Positions 53,092 to 63,200 of a stretch of DNA of 64,000 bases are shown here, one piece after another. Position 1 is the stretch's first letter; each line of letters opens with the position of its first letter. A model generated the notes under the pieces. The model did no database searches. It worked only from the letters and a program-made list of their open reading frames with translations, and had not been told where the DNA came from. The position numbers were made by a program, and so were the translations under genes. The stretch is from Octopus bimaculoides (taxonomy: Eukaryota), in NCBI RefSeq assembly GCF_001194135.2, contig NC_068988.1, forward strand, positions 57,839,193 through 57,903,192. The letters are read 5' to 3'.

Positions 53092-53327
53092 ATTTAAATC
53101 ATCATTATCTAATGTCCACTCTCTCATGCTTGCAAGGGTCAAATGGATTTGTTGAGGCAGGTTTTCTATAGCTGGATGCCCTTCTTGTTGCCAACCCTCA
53201 TCTGTTTCCAAGCAAAGTAATATTTCCCCAGGACCAGACGTGTTTTCCATAGAAGACCAGATACAAGTAACATCACTTGTTTGACAATAATGCTCATTTA
53301 CAAACATCATGTTATGTCAAGAAAATT

Positions 53328-53362
<35 letters not shown>

Positions 53363-53386
53363 TATATGTGCATGCCTGTGTATGTG

Positions 53387-53431
<45 letters not shown>

Positions 53432-54511
53432 CAGAATTCTTTCAGTTTCTGCTCATCGAATTCACTCAAAAGGCTTTGGTCAACATGAGGCTAAAGAAGA
53501 CACTTGTTTAAGATGCTGCACAATGGGACCAAACCTGAGACCAAATGGTTGGGAAGAAAGCCTGTTAACCACAAACCCATACCTTCACACACACATACAC
53601 ACACACATGCATCAATATTTTATACTCACTTTCCATGATGGCTCAGTAAAGCAGGTTGCAACAATCCTAAACAGGTCAGAGAACCACATCTTTCTCATTA
53701 TATCTCTAGTTTAACATGGTTTCTTTGGCTGGATGTTCTGTCTAATACCAGCCATTTTAAAGAGTGTGGTACGTATTGGCATCAACACTAGAGAGGTTAC
53801 CATATCCTCCAAAAGACAAGAAAAACTAAAGGGTTTTCTCAACGTTATGCTGACTACTTATTGACCAACCACATTACAGGGTGTACTAGATGTGTTTTAT
53901 CATGGCACCAGCACTGGTGAGGTTGCTTTGTACCCTGCAGGACAAAACAGGATCCTCACTGTTGTATGTTGTTTCTTTTCAGGACAACATGACAAATAAA
54001 ATGGTAAGGCAGGCAGGTGTGAGCAGATATACTGAATGTAGTGCAATAAAAGAAATTTTTAATCAAAGTTAACCCTTAATGAAAAGAAAAGTCATTAAAA
54101 AATAAGAGATAATGACAATCATTGTCAACTAAGGTAAAGGAGAGAAATATACATACGTATGTATGTATGTATGTTTACTTACATGTACTGGCTGTAGACG
54201 GAGTCTGCGTCAAGCTGAAGAAAGAAAGAAAGAAAAAAGAAAACTTATGGGCTTTCATGATTATTAAATAAACAATATAGTTTCAATACTGTAACAATGT
54301 TAGTTTGAATTTAGAAATTTATTTGTTAATTTCTACTAAATTCCTCTTTAAAGTTAACTATGGAGGATTTTTATAGAATCAATAAAAAAATATAACTATT
54401 AGAATGTTTATTAGAATATAGTTGTAACAAAGCTATATTCAGAGATAGAGTGCCTGTATCCTTGGTTACAGATTGATCCTGGAACCAAATGGTGGCAAAG
54501 TTCCCTCTCTC

Positions 54512-54543
<32 letters not shown>

Positions 54544-57500
54544 CCTGTGTGCATGCATGTGTTCAATGAGGACGGTGTTGCACTCTCACCCAGATTAAAA
54601 CCGAAAATCTGTTAGGAGACTCGTCTCCTCTTACATACCTCAGTGACCTTAGTAAATGCCTTTAAAGCTGCCGTGTAACTGCCTCGATTAATGTATGCCT
54701 CACCGAGACATTCCCATATATGACTGTGTGGATAAAAGAGAAAAAAAGAATAAATAAAAGGATAAAGATTTTAAATGTTTACAAATTGAAAACATAACTA
54801 ATTCACAACCAGTCTTACAGTTATAGTTCAGGGGGGAAAACATTTACATGAGGGGGTACAGAAAATTTCCAGGCTCTGGGTAAAAGAAAATACAAGAGGA
54901 TCAGTTAATTATGATTTCTTTAACATATTCCATCCAGCTGTAGAAACTCTGCCAAATTAGATTGGTGCCTGGTGTAGCCATTTGGTTCACCAGTCCTCAG
55001 TCAAATCGTCCAACCCATGCTAGCATGGAAAGTGGACATTAAACGATGATGAGGATGATGATGATGATGATTCCCCTCTCAGATTCCCACATTAAAAGAG
55101 CTCGGAAAGTTGGGCCTCCAACCAGGCTTTTTGTGATACCCTTAAAGCAAGAACTTTTCAGCACCCCCTCATGTGTGTTTGTTTATGTGGTTGTATGCAT
55201 CGTTATCTCAACATCATGTGATGATTGTAAATGAGCCTCCTTGTCATACAAGAGAGGTTGTTTGTTTCCAGTCTTCCACAGAAAAGCATATCTGGCCATG
55301 GAGAAAATATTACCCTTTCTTGGAAAGCAGCAAGGATTGGTAAACAGAAACTGAATGAAGCCCATTGAATATACGAGGGGGTGCTGAATTGTGGCTGTTG
55401 GTCGCAGTCATTGGTGATGCCATGCAAATGACATCCATGAACCGTCAGGGTCACTGCTGGTGCCATGTAAACGGCACCCACCCATGAATTGTAGTAGTGG
55501 TCGTTGCTGGTGTCGTGTAAATGGCAACCGTGCCGGTGACATGTAAAAGCACCCATTACACTCTTGGAGTGGTTGGCATTAGGAAGGGCATCCAGCTGTA
55601 GAAACCATACTAAATCAGACTGGAACCGGGTGCAGCTCTCCAGCTCATCAGCTCCAGTCAAACCGTTTAACCCATGCCAGCATGAAGAGCAGATTTTCAA
55701 TGATGATGATGATGATTGGAGAACCTAGGCAAAGTTGACCATGGCAGTATTTGAATTCAAAGTGCAGAGAAATGGTACAAATATAGCAAGATAGTCAACT
55801 TGATATCCTAACAACACTGCCAATTTATCACCATTAACAATAGGATTTGCAAAATACTTACAAATCAAGAGGATCGGGACGCAGAGCAGCTTGGAAAGAA
55901 ATAACAGCATTATTGGGGTCCTCGTTCTTCAAATATTTCAATCCTAACCGTAACCAAGCCCATTTAGCACTGCAATAAAGAAAGAAAACAAAACAATATA
56001 AACATTAATAAAAACAAAACACTGAAATAGTATTTTAATATATTACATGAAGATGATTGATGTTGATGTATAGATAACACGATCTATGATCTATGGATGT
56101 CTTAATCAAGGAGATCTGTAAGCTATGGCTGTTCTCGTTGAGCAGATGAATAACCCATGGCTGTCTTGATCAAGTAGATTTATATAGGCTACCTTGATCA
56201 AGAAGATCAATAAGCTACAGCTGATTAAGATCAATAACTCATGGCTGTCTAGATCAAGCAGACCTATGATCCAGGGATGTCTTGATCAAGTAGCTCAATG
56301 ACCCAAGGCTATCCAGATCAAGCAGATCTATAACTCATGGCTGTCCTGATCAAGCAGATCAATAACCCATGGCTGTCCTGATCAAGAAGATCAATAGCCC
56401 ATGGTTGTCCTGATCAAGCAGACCCATGACCCATAAATGTCTTGATCAAGCAAACCTGTGACTCATGGCTGTTTTGATCAAGTAGACCTATGACCCATGG
56501 CTGTCCTGATCAAACTTCTGTACTGTCTCAGCCACAAGGTATTGCTCAACTCTATGGTATAGCACAAGTAAAAGACACTTGCCCAAAGTGCCATGCAGTG
56601 TGATTGAACTCGAAATCACATGGTTGCGAAGTAAACTGCTAAATCACACAGTTATTTCTGCACTTATATAAGAGAATAAAATACATTTCATACTTTGAGC
56701 CACATCAGATGAAAGTCACATCATATTCAAGCTAGAATTGTAAATGATCAAAGATTTGACCAACCATGATCACCACCAACTTCTTTCAGGCTCAGTGTAC
56801 CTAGGATCACCAAAGCCTTGTGAGTGGATTTGGTAGACAGAAACTGAAAGAAGCCCATTATATGTGTGTGTGTGTGTGTGTGTGTGTTTATATTTCTGTG
56901 TGTGTCTTTGTCTCTGCATTTGTCCCCCATCATTGCTTGACAACTGATGTTGGTGTGTTTACATCCCCATAACTTAGCGGTTCAGCAATAGAGACTGATA
57001 AAATAGGTACTAGGTTTCAAAATTACAAAATGTCCTGGGGTCAATTTCTTCAGCTAAAACCCCGTCAACGTGGTGCTCCAGCACGGCCACAGTCAAATGA
57101 TTGAAACAAGTAAGAGAATAAATCGACCTCAACTATTCTTTTATTATTTGGTTAAAGGCATCAAAGCCTGTCACCACACTTCTCTCACATGTTTGCACAT
57201 CTCACTTTTGCTATATTAATCAGTAAAGACAGGCAGTTAATTACTAGGCTAGTTAGTTACTGCATTAATTAAAAATGCTTGTAATTCACTTACCCACCAG
57301 GGCCAGCTTTAGTAGTCACAGACTTCAAATATTCTAAAACACTCTCCTGGAAAGAATACCAAAACCAAAAGTATTAATTAATCTTTCATAGGCTGGTGGG
57401 GTCTCAAGGGACCCCAGCAAATTTTAAAAGTTATGCAACCTTTACATTCTTTATTTAAATGAGTTTATATATCATGACTTTTATCGTCAATAGTCTACGT

Positions 57501-59764
57501 ATTGCACAAACAAATTTTGAGTTTAAAATTTCCAGTCATATGGATGTTATAGCATAAAATGTGGTCAATGGAATCCAACTGGACCCTATTGGCCTTCTGG
57601 GAAATTAGTTTTTCTTGTTCTTTTTCATATATTCTGATGAATTATAAGTCAATTTTCTTTATATTTATACTGGTATGAATTGATATATTTTTTTTCTTTT
57701 GTTCTTTTTGTTTTATTTTATGGCCGTTGCCAGTACCATCTGACTGGCCTTCGTGCCGGTGGCACATAAAAGCACCCACTACACTCTCGGAGTAGTTGGC
57801 GTTAGGAAGGGCATCCAGCTGTAGAAACTCTGCCAAATCAGATTGGAGCCTGATGTAGCCATCTGGTTCACCAGTCCTCAGTCAAATCGTCCAACCCATG
57901 CTAGCATGGAAAGCAGACGTTAAACGATGATGATGATGATGATGATTAGTGCTATATGTATAGTTTATGAAACTATAAAAGAAAAGTGCTAAATTCCTTG
58001 TTCTGTATCATGCACTCACACATACATACAAGATTAAACAAATATTATTTAATGGATAGTGCGGAAATGTGCAAAAATAAAAGGGAACCCCAATGGCTTT
58101 TTGTGTAATTCCAACCCCGGCAGCCCACGAAGGGTTACCTGAAAGAATCATTGAAGTTTTGGACAAAATACCTTGTGGTATTTAATTACAACTCTTTACA
58201 TTCTGATTTTAAATCTCGTACAAGTCAACATTGTAATTATCCTTACAGGGTCTCTAATATGAAGTATTAATTAACGAATGAGGTTGATTATTTCAACTGC
58301 CCCTTTGTCCAAATTTCTGACTTTGTTCCTATGTTAGAAACTATTATTCTTATTATCATTATTATTACTAGGCAGCAAGCTGGCAGAATTGTTAGCATGC
58401 AGGGAAAAATGCTGAGCAGCATTTCATCCATTCCTACATTCTGAGTTCAAATTCTGCTGAGGTCAACTTTGCCTTTCATCCTTTCAGGGTTGATAAATTA
58501 AGTACCAGTGAAACACTGGGGTTGATGTAATTGACTAGTCCCCTCCCAACAAACTTGAGGCCTTGTGCCTCCAGTAGAAAGGATTATTGTCATTATTATT
58601 ATTATTATTATCACTCTCTGAGTGGTTGGTGTTAGGAAGGGCATCCAGCTGTAGAAACTCTGCCAAATTAGATTGGAGCCTGGTGTAGCCATCCGGTTGC
58701 ACCAGTCCTGAGTCAAATCGTCCAACCCATGCTAGCATGGAAAGCGGACGTTAAACGATGATGATGATGATGATGATTACTTAGGCAATGAGCTGGCAGA
58801 ATCGTTAGCATGCTAGGCAAAATGCTTAGCAGTATTTCGTCTGTCTTCACGTTCTGAGTTCAAATTCCACCAAGGTCAACTATACCTTTCATCGTTTCGG
58901 AGTCGATAAAGCAAAGTTTAGTGTCCAATAAAAGAAAGGTATGCCTAAATGGGCTGGTTACACCACTGGCATAGGCCACAGGTTATAGTCTCACTTGGCT
59001 TGCTGGGTCTTCTCACGCACAGCATATTTCCAAAGGTCTCAGTCACTAATCATTGCCTCGGTGAGGCCTAATGTTCAAAGGTCGTACTTCACCACCTCAT
59101 CTCAGGTCTTCCTGGGTCTATCACTTCCAGTTTCCCTCAACCGCTAGGGTGTGACACTTTTTCACACAGCTATCCTCATCCATTCATACCACATGACTAT
59201 ACCAGCGTAGTCGTCTCTCTTGCACACCACATTTGATGCTTCTTAGGTCCAACTTTTCTCTCGGAGCACTTACACTCTGTCGAGTATGCACACTGACATT
59301 ACACATCCAACGGAACATACTATAAAAACAAATAAAGATTATTATCAAAAATAATTAAATATCATATCATAATCAAACATTCTTCTTATAGTGATGATAC
59401 TGCTTAATCCAAGGTTAGTCCAAATCAAGTATTCCTACAATCAAAAGCAATCCAACTGTGACCACCCCTCTTGTGTGGAATATTTGGCTGCTGTTTCTAG
59501 AAAACCTTGGAACTGTCTAGAAGTTTTGTTATTAGCTCTGTGTTTCTGTATTCTTTGAATAAAATCACACTTACATCTCCAACATCTCCAGTATCCATCA
59601 TAATATCACAGAATGCAGCACCAACATCGGAATTTTCAGGATCAAGATTAAAAGCCTTTTGATAACATTTTCTAGCTTTTCTGTAATAAACATAAGTTTA
59701 AACTAAGTGTATAAGCAAAAAATACAGTTTTATATATTAAATGTAAAGGTTAAATAGGACGTGT

Positions 59765-59800
<36 letters not shown>

Positions 59801-59898
59801 CATATATACACATGTAAGTATTGGATAAAATGAATATAAATGGTTGTGCACAATGATAGATAGAATATACATATGTGTGTGTGAGTGTATACCAGCAT

Positions 59899-59940
<42 letters not shown>

Positions 59941-62900
59941 TATATTATTAATAATTTAATAATGAGGCTGCAAAGAGAGAGACTTGGGGAAACCGCTATG
60001 AAGGGTTGCTAAATGAAGAGAATGAATAGAAGAGAGTCTGTCAAATGTCGACCCAACAGAGGGACCAGCTATCCGAATTGACAGTACCTTGGTAGATAAA
60101 GCAATTAAGGATATGAAGACACCGGCACATCAGGAATCACTGCATATATGCTTAAAATATCTGGCAATGTAGGCTATAGACTAGTCACCCGTATAGTCAA
60201 CCAGGTGATACATGAAGAAGTCATACCCAATGACTAGTGTAGCAGCACCATAGTCAACTGCTACAAAGGTAAAGGTGACACATTAGATAGGAATAATTAC
60301 AGAGGTATCAAATTGTTGGACCAGGTGATGAAAGTTATGGAGAGGGTCATAGCCCAACTAATTAGGGAGAGCGTTAGTTTAGATGAGATGCAATTTGGGT
60401 TTGTGCAGGGAGATACACCACTGGTGCTATATTTCAGGTAAGACAACTGCAGGTGAAATTCTTTGCCAAAGGTAAACTTCTGTACTTGGCTCTCATTGAC
60501 ATGGAAAAAGCCTTTGACAGTGTCCCCTGATCCCTTATCTGGTGGTCAATGCAGAAACTAGGGATAGATGAGTGGTTAGTGAGAGCTGTACAAGCCATGT
60601 ACAGGGATGCTGTCAGTAAGGTGAGGTTTGGCAATGAGTATAGTGAAGAATTCTAGGTAGGGGGTAGGGGTCCACCAAGGATCAGTCCTCACCTCCTTAT
60701 TCATCATAGTCCTCCAGGCAATAACAGAGGAATTCAAGACAGGATGCCCCTGGGAGCTCCTCTATGCTGATGACCTTACTCTAATAGTTGTGAAATGATT
60801 TTCTAATGTGCCACCAGCACAAATGCTATAAGGCGATGCTGGTAATGATTATTAATTCGTATAATTCATATTGTCTTGAAGTAAACATGCATTACTGTGT
60901 AGCTTCAAGATTTCAATAATGCAATTGTTTATTTTTTAGGTGGCACATAAAAAACACCATTTTGAGCGTGGCCGTTGCCAGTACCGCCTGACTGGCCCTC
61001 GTTCCGGTGGCACGTAAAAGCACCCACTACACTCTCGGAGTGGTCGGCGTTAGGAAGAGCATCCAGCTGTAGAAACTCTGCCAGATCAGATTGGAGCCTG
61101 GTGCAACCATCTGGTTCACCAGTCCTCAGTCAAATCGTCCAACCCATGCTAGCATGGAAGGCAGACGTTAAACAATGAACAATGATGAATGAAGTTGTAG
61201 GTTAGGTGTGAGAGGTTGGATCTGGTCAGTTTGGGCATAAAACTGGCAGAATATTTTGGCTGGATATGGCCAGTTTAAATGTTAAAGGGTTAAGGCAAGC
61301 CTAGAAAGGCCATACAATGTTACCCTCTCTTCTTCTCCTCCTCCCCCAGAAAGGATGAGAAAGGGAGGTGGATGGGATGAGAAGGAGGAGGGAGGAGGAG
61401 GTGAGGGCAGTGACAACTTTACACACACACATTACATAAAATGCAAAGCCTACTCACTCTTTGTCTTGTTGTACATGAAGATAGAAATGTCCGAGATAAA
61501 GAAATATCTCACAATTGTAAGGATCCAACTTGGCAGCCTAAAACAAAAAGACATATATAGATATATATATACAGCATTCAGATTATTCTGCCAAATGTAA
61601 TGCTTATTTATTAACATTGCTTTGAATTAACCATGTATAACCATACAGCTTCAAGATTTTGATGGTGTGATAGTTTTATTTTTAAAAATGACATTGCAAG
61701 GTAGGTGTGAGAGGCCAGATCTGGTCACTTTGAACATAAAACAAGTAGAATATTTTGCTTGGAAATGGCCAGTTTAAAAGTTAGAAGGTTAAGGAAAGGT
61801 ATCCAATTGCTGGTAAAGGCCCCCTTCGGTCATGAATGACCATAGGATTGTGCCTAGAAAGTTCCCCTTCAAGGCCCAAATCTGGACAAATCCAGCGTTA
61901 CCGAAGGGAAAGGCAAAGGCCGATACAGCTTGGCACCAGTGATGTCCTAACTCATTTCTACAGCTGAGTGAACTGGAGCAATGAGAAAAAAAGTGTTTTG
62001 CTCAAGAACACAATACACAGCCCGGTCTGGGAATCGAACTCACTACTTCATGATTGTGAGCCCAATGCCCTAACCACTGAGTCATGCGCCTTCAAGTGCT
62101 AGTATTTCATTCATTCAGCCAGAGATAGATAATATTTAACCCTAGATAAACAAACATATGAAACACATACCTGAAGGAAAGATTTAAAACTCTTCTCAGA
62201 ATAGTTGCTGCTCTCTTGGTTGTCAGTGTGGGAGTCTTTCAGTTGCCAATAGATACGGCCAAGCATCAAAAGAAACTTGCTGCTTTCGGGATATTCTGAC
62301 ACAGCAGCCAAAAGTCTGTGAGAAGGGCAAAGAGAGAAACATGACTGAATTAAGGTCGGGTTGGTAATTCTACAGACAAAAATAAATACGTAAATAAATA
62401 CAGGTGCCTTGTGAGTGAATTTGGTAGAGGGGAAACTGTGTGGAAGCCTGTCGTGTGTGTGTGTGTCTGCGTGTTTGTAAGTATGTGTGTGTGTGTTTCT
62501 GTGTTTGCATCTCTCCCTGTCACCACTTAGTAACCGTCTTGCTTGAATTTGGTAGAGGGAAACTGTGTGGAAGCCTGTCGTGTGTGTGTGTGTGTGTCTA
62601 AGTATATGTGTGTGGCATGTGTATGTATGTCTTTGTGTTTCATTTGTCCCTCTCACTGCTTGGCAACCATCTTGGTTTGTTTACATCCCTGTAACTTAGC
62701 AGTTCAGCAAAAGGGACCAAAAGAATAAGTAACAGACTTAAAACATGGGTAATGGGGTTGATTCATTTGACTAAACATGTCAGGGCAGTGCCCCAGCATG
62801 GCCACAGTCCAATGACAAGTAAAAGATGAAAGATAAAAGAAATAAATCATTTTAAGTTTCATTTTTCCATGCTAGCATGTGTCAAAATGGTTCCCAAACT

Positions 62901-63166
62901 TTTCAGGCTGCCACCCCCTTGACACCCAGATCACATTCCAAGCACGCCCACCCCAACTAAGCGTAATGTGGTCAGTGACTGGAAGAGGATCCAGCCATAG
63001 AAAATGTATCAGTCTGATGACACAAACAAGTAGAAGAATAGTAAAATAAAAGAATATATACTCACTTCTGCAAGGCAACTTCGTAATTCCCCTGATGAAA
63101 GAGCAGCCAACCTTTGAGGGCAACAACCTCAGCAGATTCTGATTCAGCAAGTTTCTCCACACACTC
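24929..63166 (-). CDS. TTC37: TTC37/SKIC3 (SKI3 homolog, TPR subunit of the SKI complex), spliced gene, 5'-incomplete; 31 exons traced
   Basis: Exon peptides are colinear with recalled human TTC37: [10 protein letters not shown] vs AKWAWLRRGL; [23 protein letters not shown] vs [23 protein letters not shown]; [16 protein letters not shown] vs QAHEAFKMAQSLDPSY; [10 protein letters not shown] identical. All visible introns are GT-AG and phases are compatible except where an exon is missing (54183/51982). Confidence 0.97.
26011..26060 (+). ncRNA. Type I hammerhead-like motif with CCGAUGA core
   Basis: actgt-CCGAUGA-ACG ggaa CGU-GAAA-ctc c gag-UA-acagt. Confidence 0.6.
26426..26561 (-). CDS. TTC37: TTC37 penultimate exon, phase 2 to 0
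   Basis: ttacag|[45 protein letters not shown]|gtatg; human IASTARWYLLRHL. Confidence 0.87.
28341..28474 (-). CDS. TTC37: TTC37 exon, phase 0 to 2
   Basis: ctgtag|[44 protein letters not shown]|gtaag; human EATTEALKLCFCPLA. Confidence 0.85.
29667..29900 (+). mobile_element. SINE family B copy with a 17-bp TSD; many other copies (12645, 14581, 14818, 26915, 27145, 58370, 58785)
   Basis: aaggtggcgaattggcagaaacgttagc...ttctgagttcaaattccgcc...aaagaaata flanked by agatgtaactcagatat at 29650-29666 and 29901-29917. Confidence 0.88.
29941..30004 (-). CDS. TTC37: TTC37 exon, phase 2 to 0
   Basis: tttcag|[21 protein letters not shown]|gttag; human GKLSSLLRLALLALK. Confidence 0.83.
31181..31269 (-). 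CDS. TTC37: TTC37 exon, phase 0 to 2
   Basis: caccag|[29 protein letters not shown]|gtatg; human GMMRAAEMCYRKSLQLA. Confidence 0.85.
31431..31558 (-). CDS. TTC37: TTC37 exon, 5' end hidden in N gap 31559-32479
   Basis: [42 protein letters not shown]|gtacg; ends at WQ, as human SVPAWQ. Confidence 0.8.
32693..32833 (-). CDS. TTC37: TTC37 exon, phase 1 to 1
   Basis: ttacag|[46 protein letters not shown]|gtgag; phase fits the previous exon, similarity weak. Confidence 0.82.
32928..33410. mobile_element. Two adjacent same-orientation mariner-derived MITEs (about 32928-33130 and 33188-33410)
   Basis: TIRs gagggggtgc(t/a)gaaaagttcc / ggaacttttcagca; interior retains the mariner C-terminal [13 protein letters not shown]. 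Confidence 0.8.
33507..33618 (-). CDS. TTC37: TTC37 exon, phase 0 to 1
   Basis: ctatag|[37 protein letters not shown]|gtatg; human IQKAALLSPG. Confidence 0.87.
34514..34687 (-). CDS. TTC37: TTC37 exon, phase 0 to 0
   Basis: ttgcag|[34 protein letters not shown]...ESLNK|gtaag; human NPGDPALWSLLSR. Confidence 0.9.
35006..35094 (-). ncRNA. Type I hammerhead ribozyme with intact core, sense within a TTC37 intron
   Basis: attcc-CUGACGA-U-long stem II-GAAA-C auau G-UA-ggaat; palindromic ACAUAUGU helix III. Confidence 0.7.
35938..36115 (-). CDS. TTC37: TTC37 exon, phase 2 to 0
   Basis: ttccag|[34 protein letters not shown]...AEFFAK|gtaaa; human PTTESLQALCALGL. Confidence 0.93.
36371..36585. mobile_element. 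Mariner-derived MITE copy
   Basis: aggggtgctgaaaagttcctggc ... gccaggaacttttcagcac. Confidence 0.82.
36698..36815 (-). CDS. TTC37: TTC37 exon, phase 1 to 2
   Basis: cttcag|[38 protein letters not shown]|gtgtg; human YERAL...ILTALAI. Confidence 0.9.
37344..37386 (+). ncRNA. Hammerhead motif with G12A mutation, inside a 96-bp inverted repeat
   Basis: cagt-CUGAUGA-C-GGC uuagcug GCC-AAAA-C uacgaa G-UC-actg. Confidence 0.55.
37801..37865 (-). ncRNA. Pre-miRNA-like hairpin in a TTC37 intron
   Basis: 29-position stem with 1 mismatch and 3 G-U pairs, 7-nt loop on the minus strand. Confidence 0.5.
38280..38407 (-). CDS. TTC37: TTC37 exon, phase 2 to 1
   Basis: gatcag|[42 protein letters not shown]|gtaaa; human GFALALFMKGLYKES. 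Confidence 0.92.
39421..39504 (-). CDS. TTC37: TTC37 exon, phase 2 to 2
   Basis: atccag|[27 protein letters not shown]|gtgag; human AILLL...NYGRLL. Confidence 0.9.
39521..39880. repeat. 47-bp minisatellite, about 8 degenerate units
   Basis: Unit tatcaaatatacag(a/g)ctgttcataaattacctttacaacttt(t/c)gc(a/g)g, starts at 39607, 39654, 39700. Confidence 0.9.
40101..40194 (-). CDS. TTC37: TTC37 exon, phase 1 to 2
   Basis: tttcag|[30 protein letters not shown]|gtaat; human RIQNYAPAFTMLG. Confidence 0.93.
40681..40822 (-). CDS. TTC37: TTC37 exon, phase 0 to 1
   Basis: atgtag|[47 protein letters not shown]|gtatg; human GYAYWVC...LYQYNI. Confidence 0.94.
40929..41216. mobile_element. hAT MITE in a TTC37 intron
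   Basis: Degenerate TIRs caggtgttctcaacc / agttgagaaccactc; perfect 8-bp TSD acttaaag at 40921-40928 and 41217-41224. Confidence 0.85.
41511..41585 (-). CDS. TTC37: TTC37 exon, phase 0 to 0
   Basis: ttgtag|[25 protein letters not shown]|gtaag. Confidence 0.96.
41612..41982 (-). mobile_element. Near full-length tRNA-derived SINE (family A); other copies near 2266-2510, 18120-19075, 21205-21370, 25120-25275, 36180-36350, 47070-47270, 56800-57118, 62400-62825
   Basis: Head ggcgccggagtggctgtgtggtaagtagc...ggttcagttc with A/B-box-like motifs, internal (TA/TG)n, tail cagtcaaatgactgaaacaagtaaaaga. Confidence 0.85.
42841..42909 (-). CDS. TTC37: TTC37 exon, phase 0 to 0
   Basis: ttccag|[23 protein letters not shown]|gtaag. 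Confidence 0.96.
45345..45401 (-). CDS. TTC37: TTC37 exon, phase 0 to 0
   Basis: ttacag|[19 protein letters not shown]|gtaag; human NAVAWTNLGVLYL. Confidence 0.95.
45946..46004 (+). ncRNA. Hammerhead-like motif in the right arm of a 225-bp palindrome
   Basis: ataa-CUGAAGA-GAUG...CAUC-C-GAAA-ctc a gag-UU-ttat. Confidence 0.5.
47492..47556 (-). CDS. TTC37: TTC37 exon, phase 1 to 0
   Basis: cttcag|[21 protein letters not shown]|gtaag; human YALAQHCFIKSIQ. Confidence 0.94.
47659..47921. mobile_element. hAT MITE related to 40929-41216
   Basis: TIRs cagtggttctcaacc / ggttgagaaccacaa; similar interior; TSD only partly matching. Confidence 0.72.
48770..49008 (-). CDS. TTC37: TTC37 exon, phase 2 to 1
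   Basis: ttgcag|[20 protein letters not shown]...[24 protein letters not shown]|gtaca; human CYGRALK...WCDLG...YWNALGVVAC. Confidence 0.95.
49309..49407 (-). CDS. TTC37: TTC37 exon, phase 2 to 2
   Basis: tttcag|[32 protein letters not shown]|gtaag; weak similarity to human VLKKNELLHLGGR, phases fit. Confidence 0.82.
50421..50513 (-). CDS. TTC37: TTC37 exon, phase 2 to 2
   Basis: ttacag|[30 protein letters not shown]|gtgag; human HRADVSCLWKLAGDACT. Confidence 0.94.
51880..51982 (-). CDS. TTC37: TTC37 exon, phase 1 to 2
   Basis: ctatag|(G)[33 protein letters not shown]|gtaaa; human GLGECHLMMAKAALVDYLD. Confidence 0.88.
54183..54214 (-). CDS. TTC37: TTC37 32-nt small exon, phase 0 to 2
   Basis: (tttc)n-ttcag|[10 protein letters not shown]|gtaag; human LNPESIYSVF. 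Confidence 0.85.
54639..54723 (-). CDS. TTC37: TTC37 exon, phase 2 to 0
   Basis: cacag|[28 protein letters not shown]|gtatg. Confidence 0.95.
54847..55150. mobile_element. Mariner-derived MITE interrupted by an RTE 3'-tail insertion (about 54931-55069)
   Basis: Both MITE TIRs are present; the interior is split by the (GAT)n-tailed repeat with attcc on both sides. Confidence 0.75.
55862..55969 (-). CDS. TTC37: TTC37 exon, phase 2 to 2
   Basis: ttgcag|[35 protein letters not shown]|gtaag. Confidence 0.95.
56075..56515. repeat. 32-bp minisatellite, about 14 units
   Basis: Unit tgatcaagcagatcaataacccatggctgtcc, e.g. starts at 56347 and 56379. Confidence 0.92.
57294..57346 (-). CDS. TTC37: TTC37 exon, phase 0 to 2
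   Basis: ttccag|[17 protein letters not shown]|gtaag; bridges the phases of flanking exons; human LTTVTQKASAG. Confidence 0.85.
58960..59318 (-). mobile_element. RTE-clade LINE C-terminal fragment
   Basis: [43 protein letters not shown]...DRPRKT*DEVV...[11 protein letters not shown]. Confidence 0.85.
59575..59680 (-). CDS. TTC37: TTC37 exon, phase 2 to 0
   Basis: ttacag|[35 protein letters not shown]|gtaag; human RARGCYRKAFELD. Confidence 0.93.
59975..60790 (+). mobile_element. Decayed RTE-clade LINE reverse transcriptase
   Basis: [51 protein letters not shown], with several stops and frameshifts. Confidence 0.92.
61458..61537 (-). CDS. TTC37: TTC37 exon, phase 0 to 2
   Basis: ttttag|[26 protein letters not shown]|gtgag; human AARLDTYMGKVFCYLGHYY. 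Confidence 0.93.
62171..62315 (-). CDS. TTC37: TTC37 exon, phase 2 to 0
   Basis: ctcacag|[48 protein letters not shown]|gtatg. Confidence 0.9.
63066..63166 (-). CDS. TTC37: TTC37 exon (first in window), phase 0 to 2
   Basis: ttaaag|[34 protein letters not shown]|gtgag; matches human [24 protein letters not shown] region. Confidence 0.85.
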
Positions 63167-63200
63167 CTTTAAGAACACAAGACAAGAGCAAATAGTTGAA

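Noticed and set aside
53730-53790. LFKMAGIRQ and YVPHSLK resembling the missing TTC37 exon
   Set aside because: The two matches are in different frames, with no acceptor in the needed phase and adjacent stops.
53983-54003. 21-nt plus-strand segment between ttcttttcag and gtaagg
   Set aside because: Isolated splice-like signals antisense to TTC37, with no partner exons.
39521-56515. Regular 47-bp and 32-bp repeats as CRISPR arrays
   Set aside because: Eukaryotic introns, head-to-tail units without unique spacers, and no cas genes.
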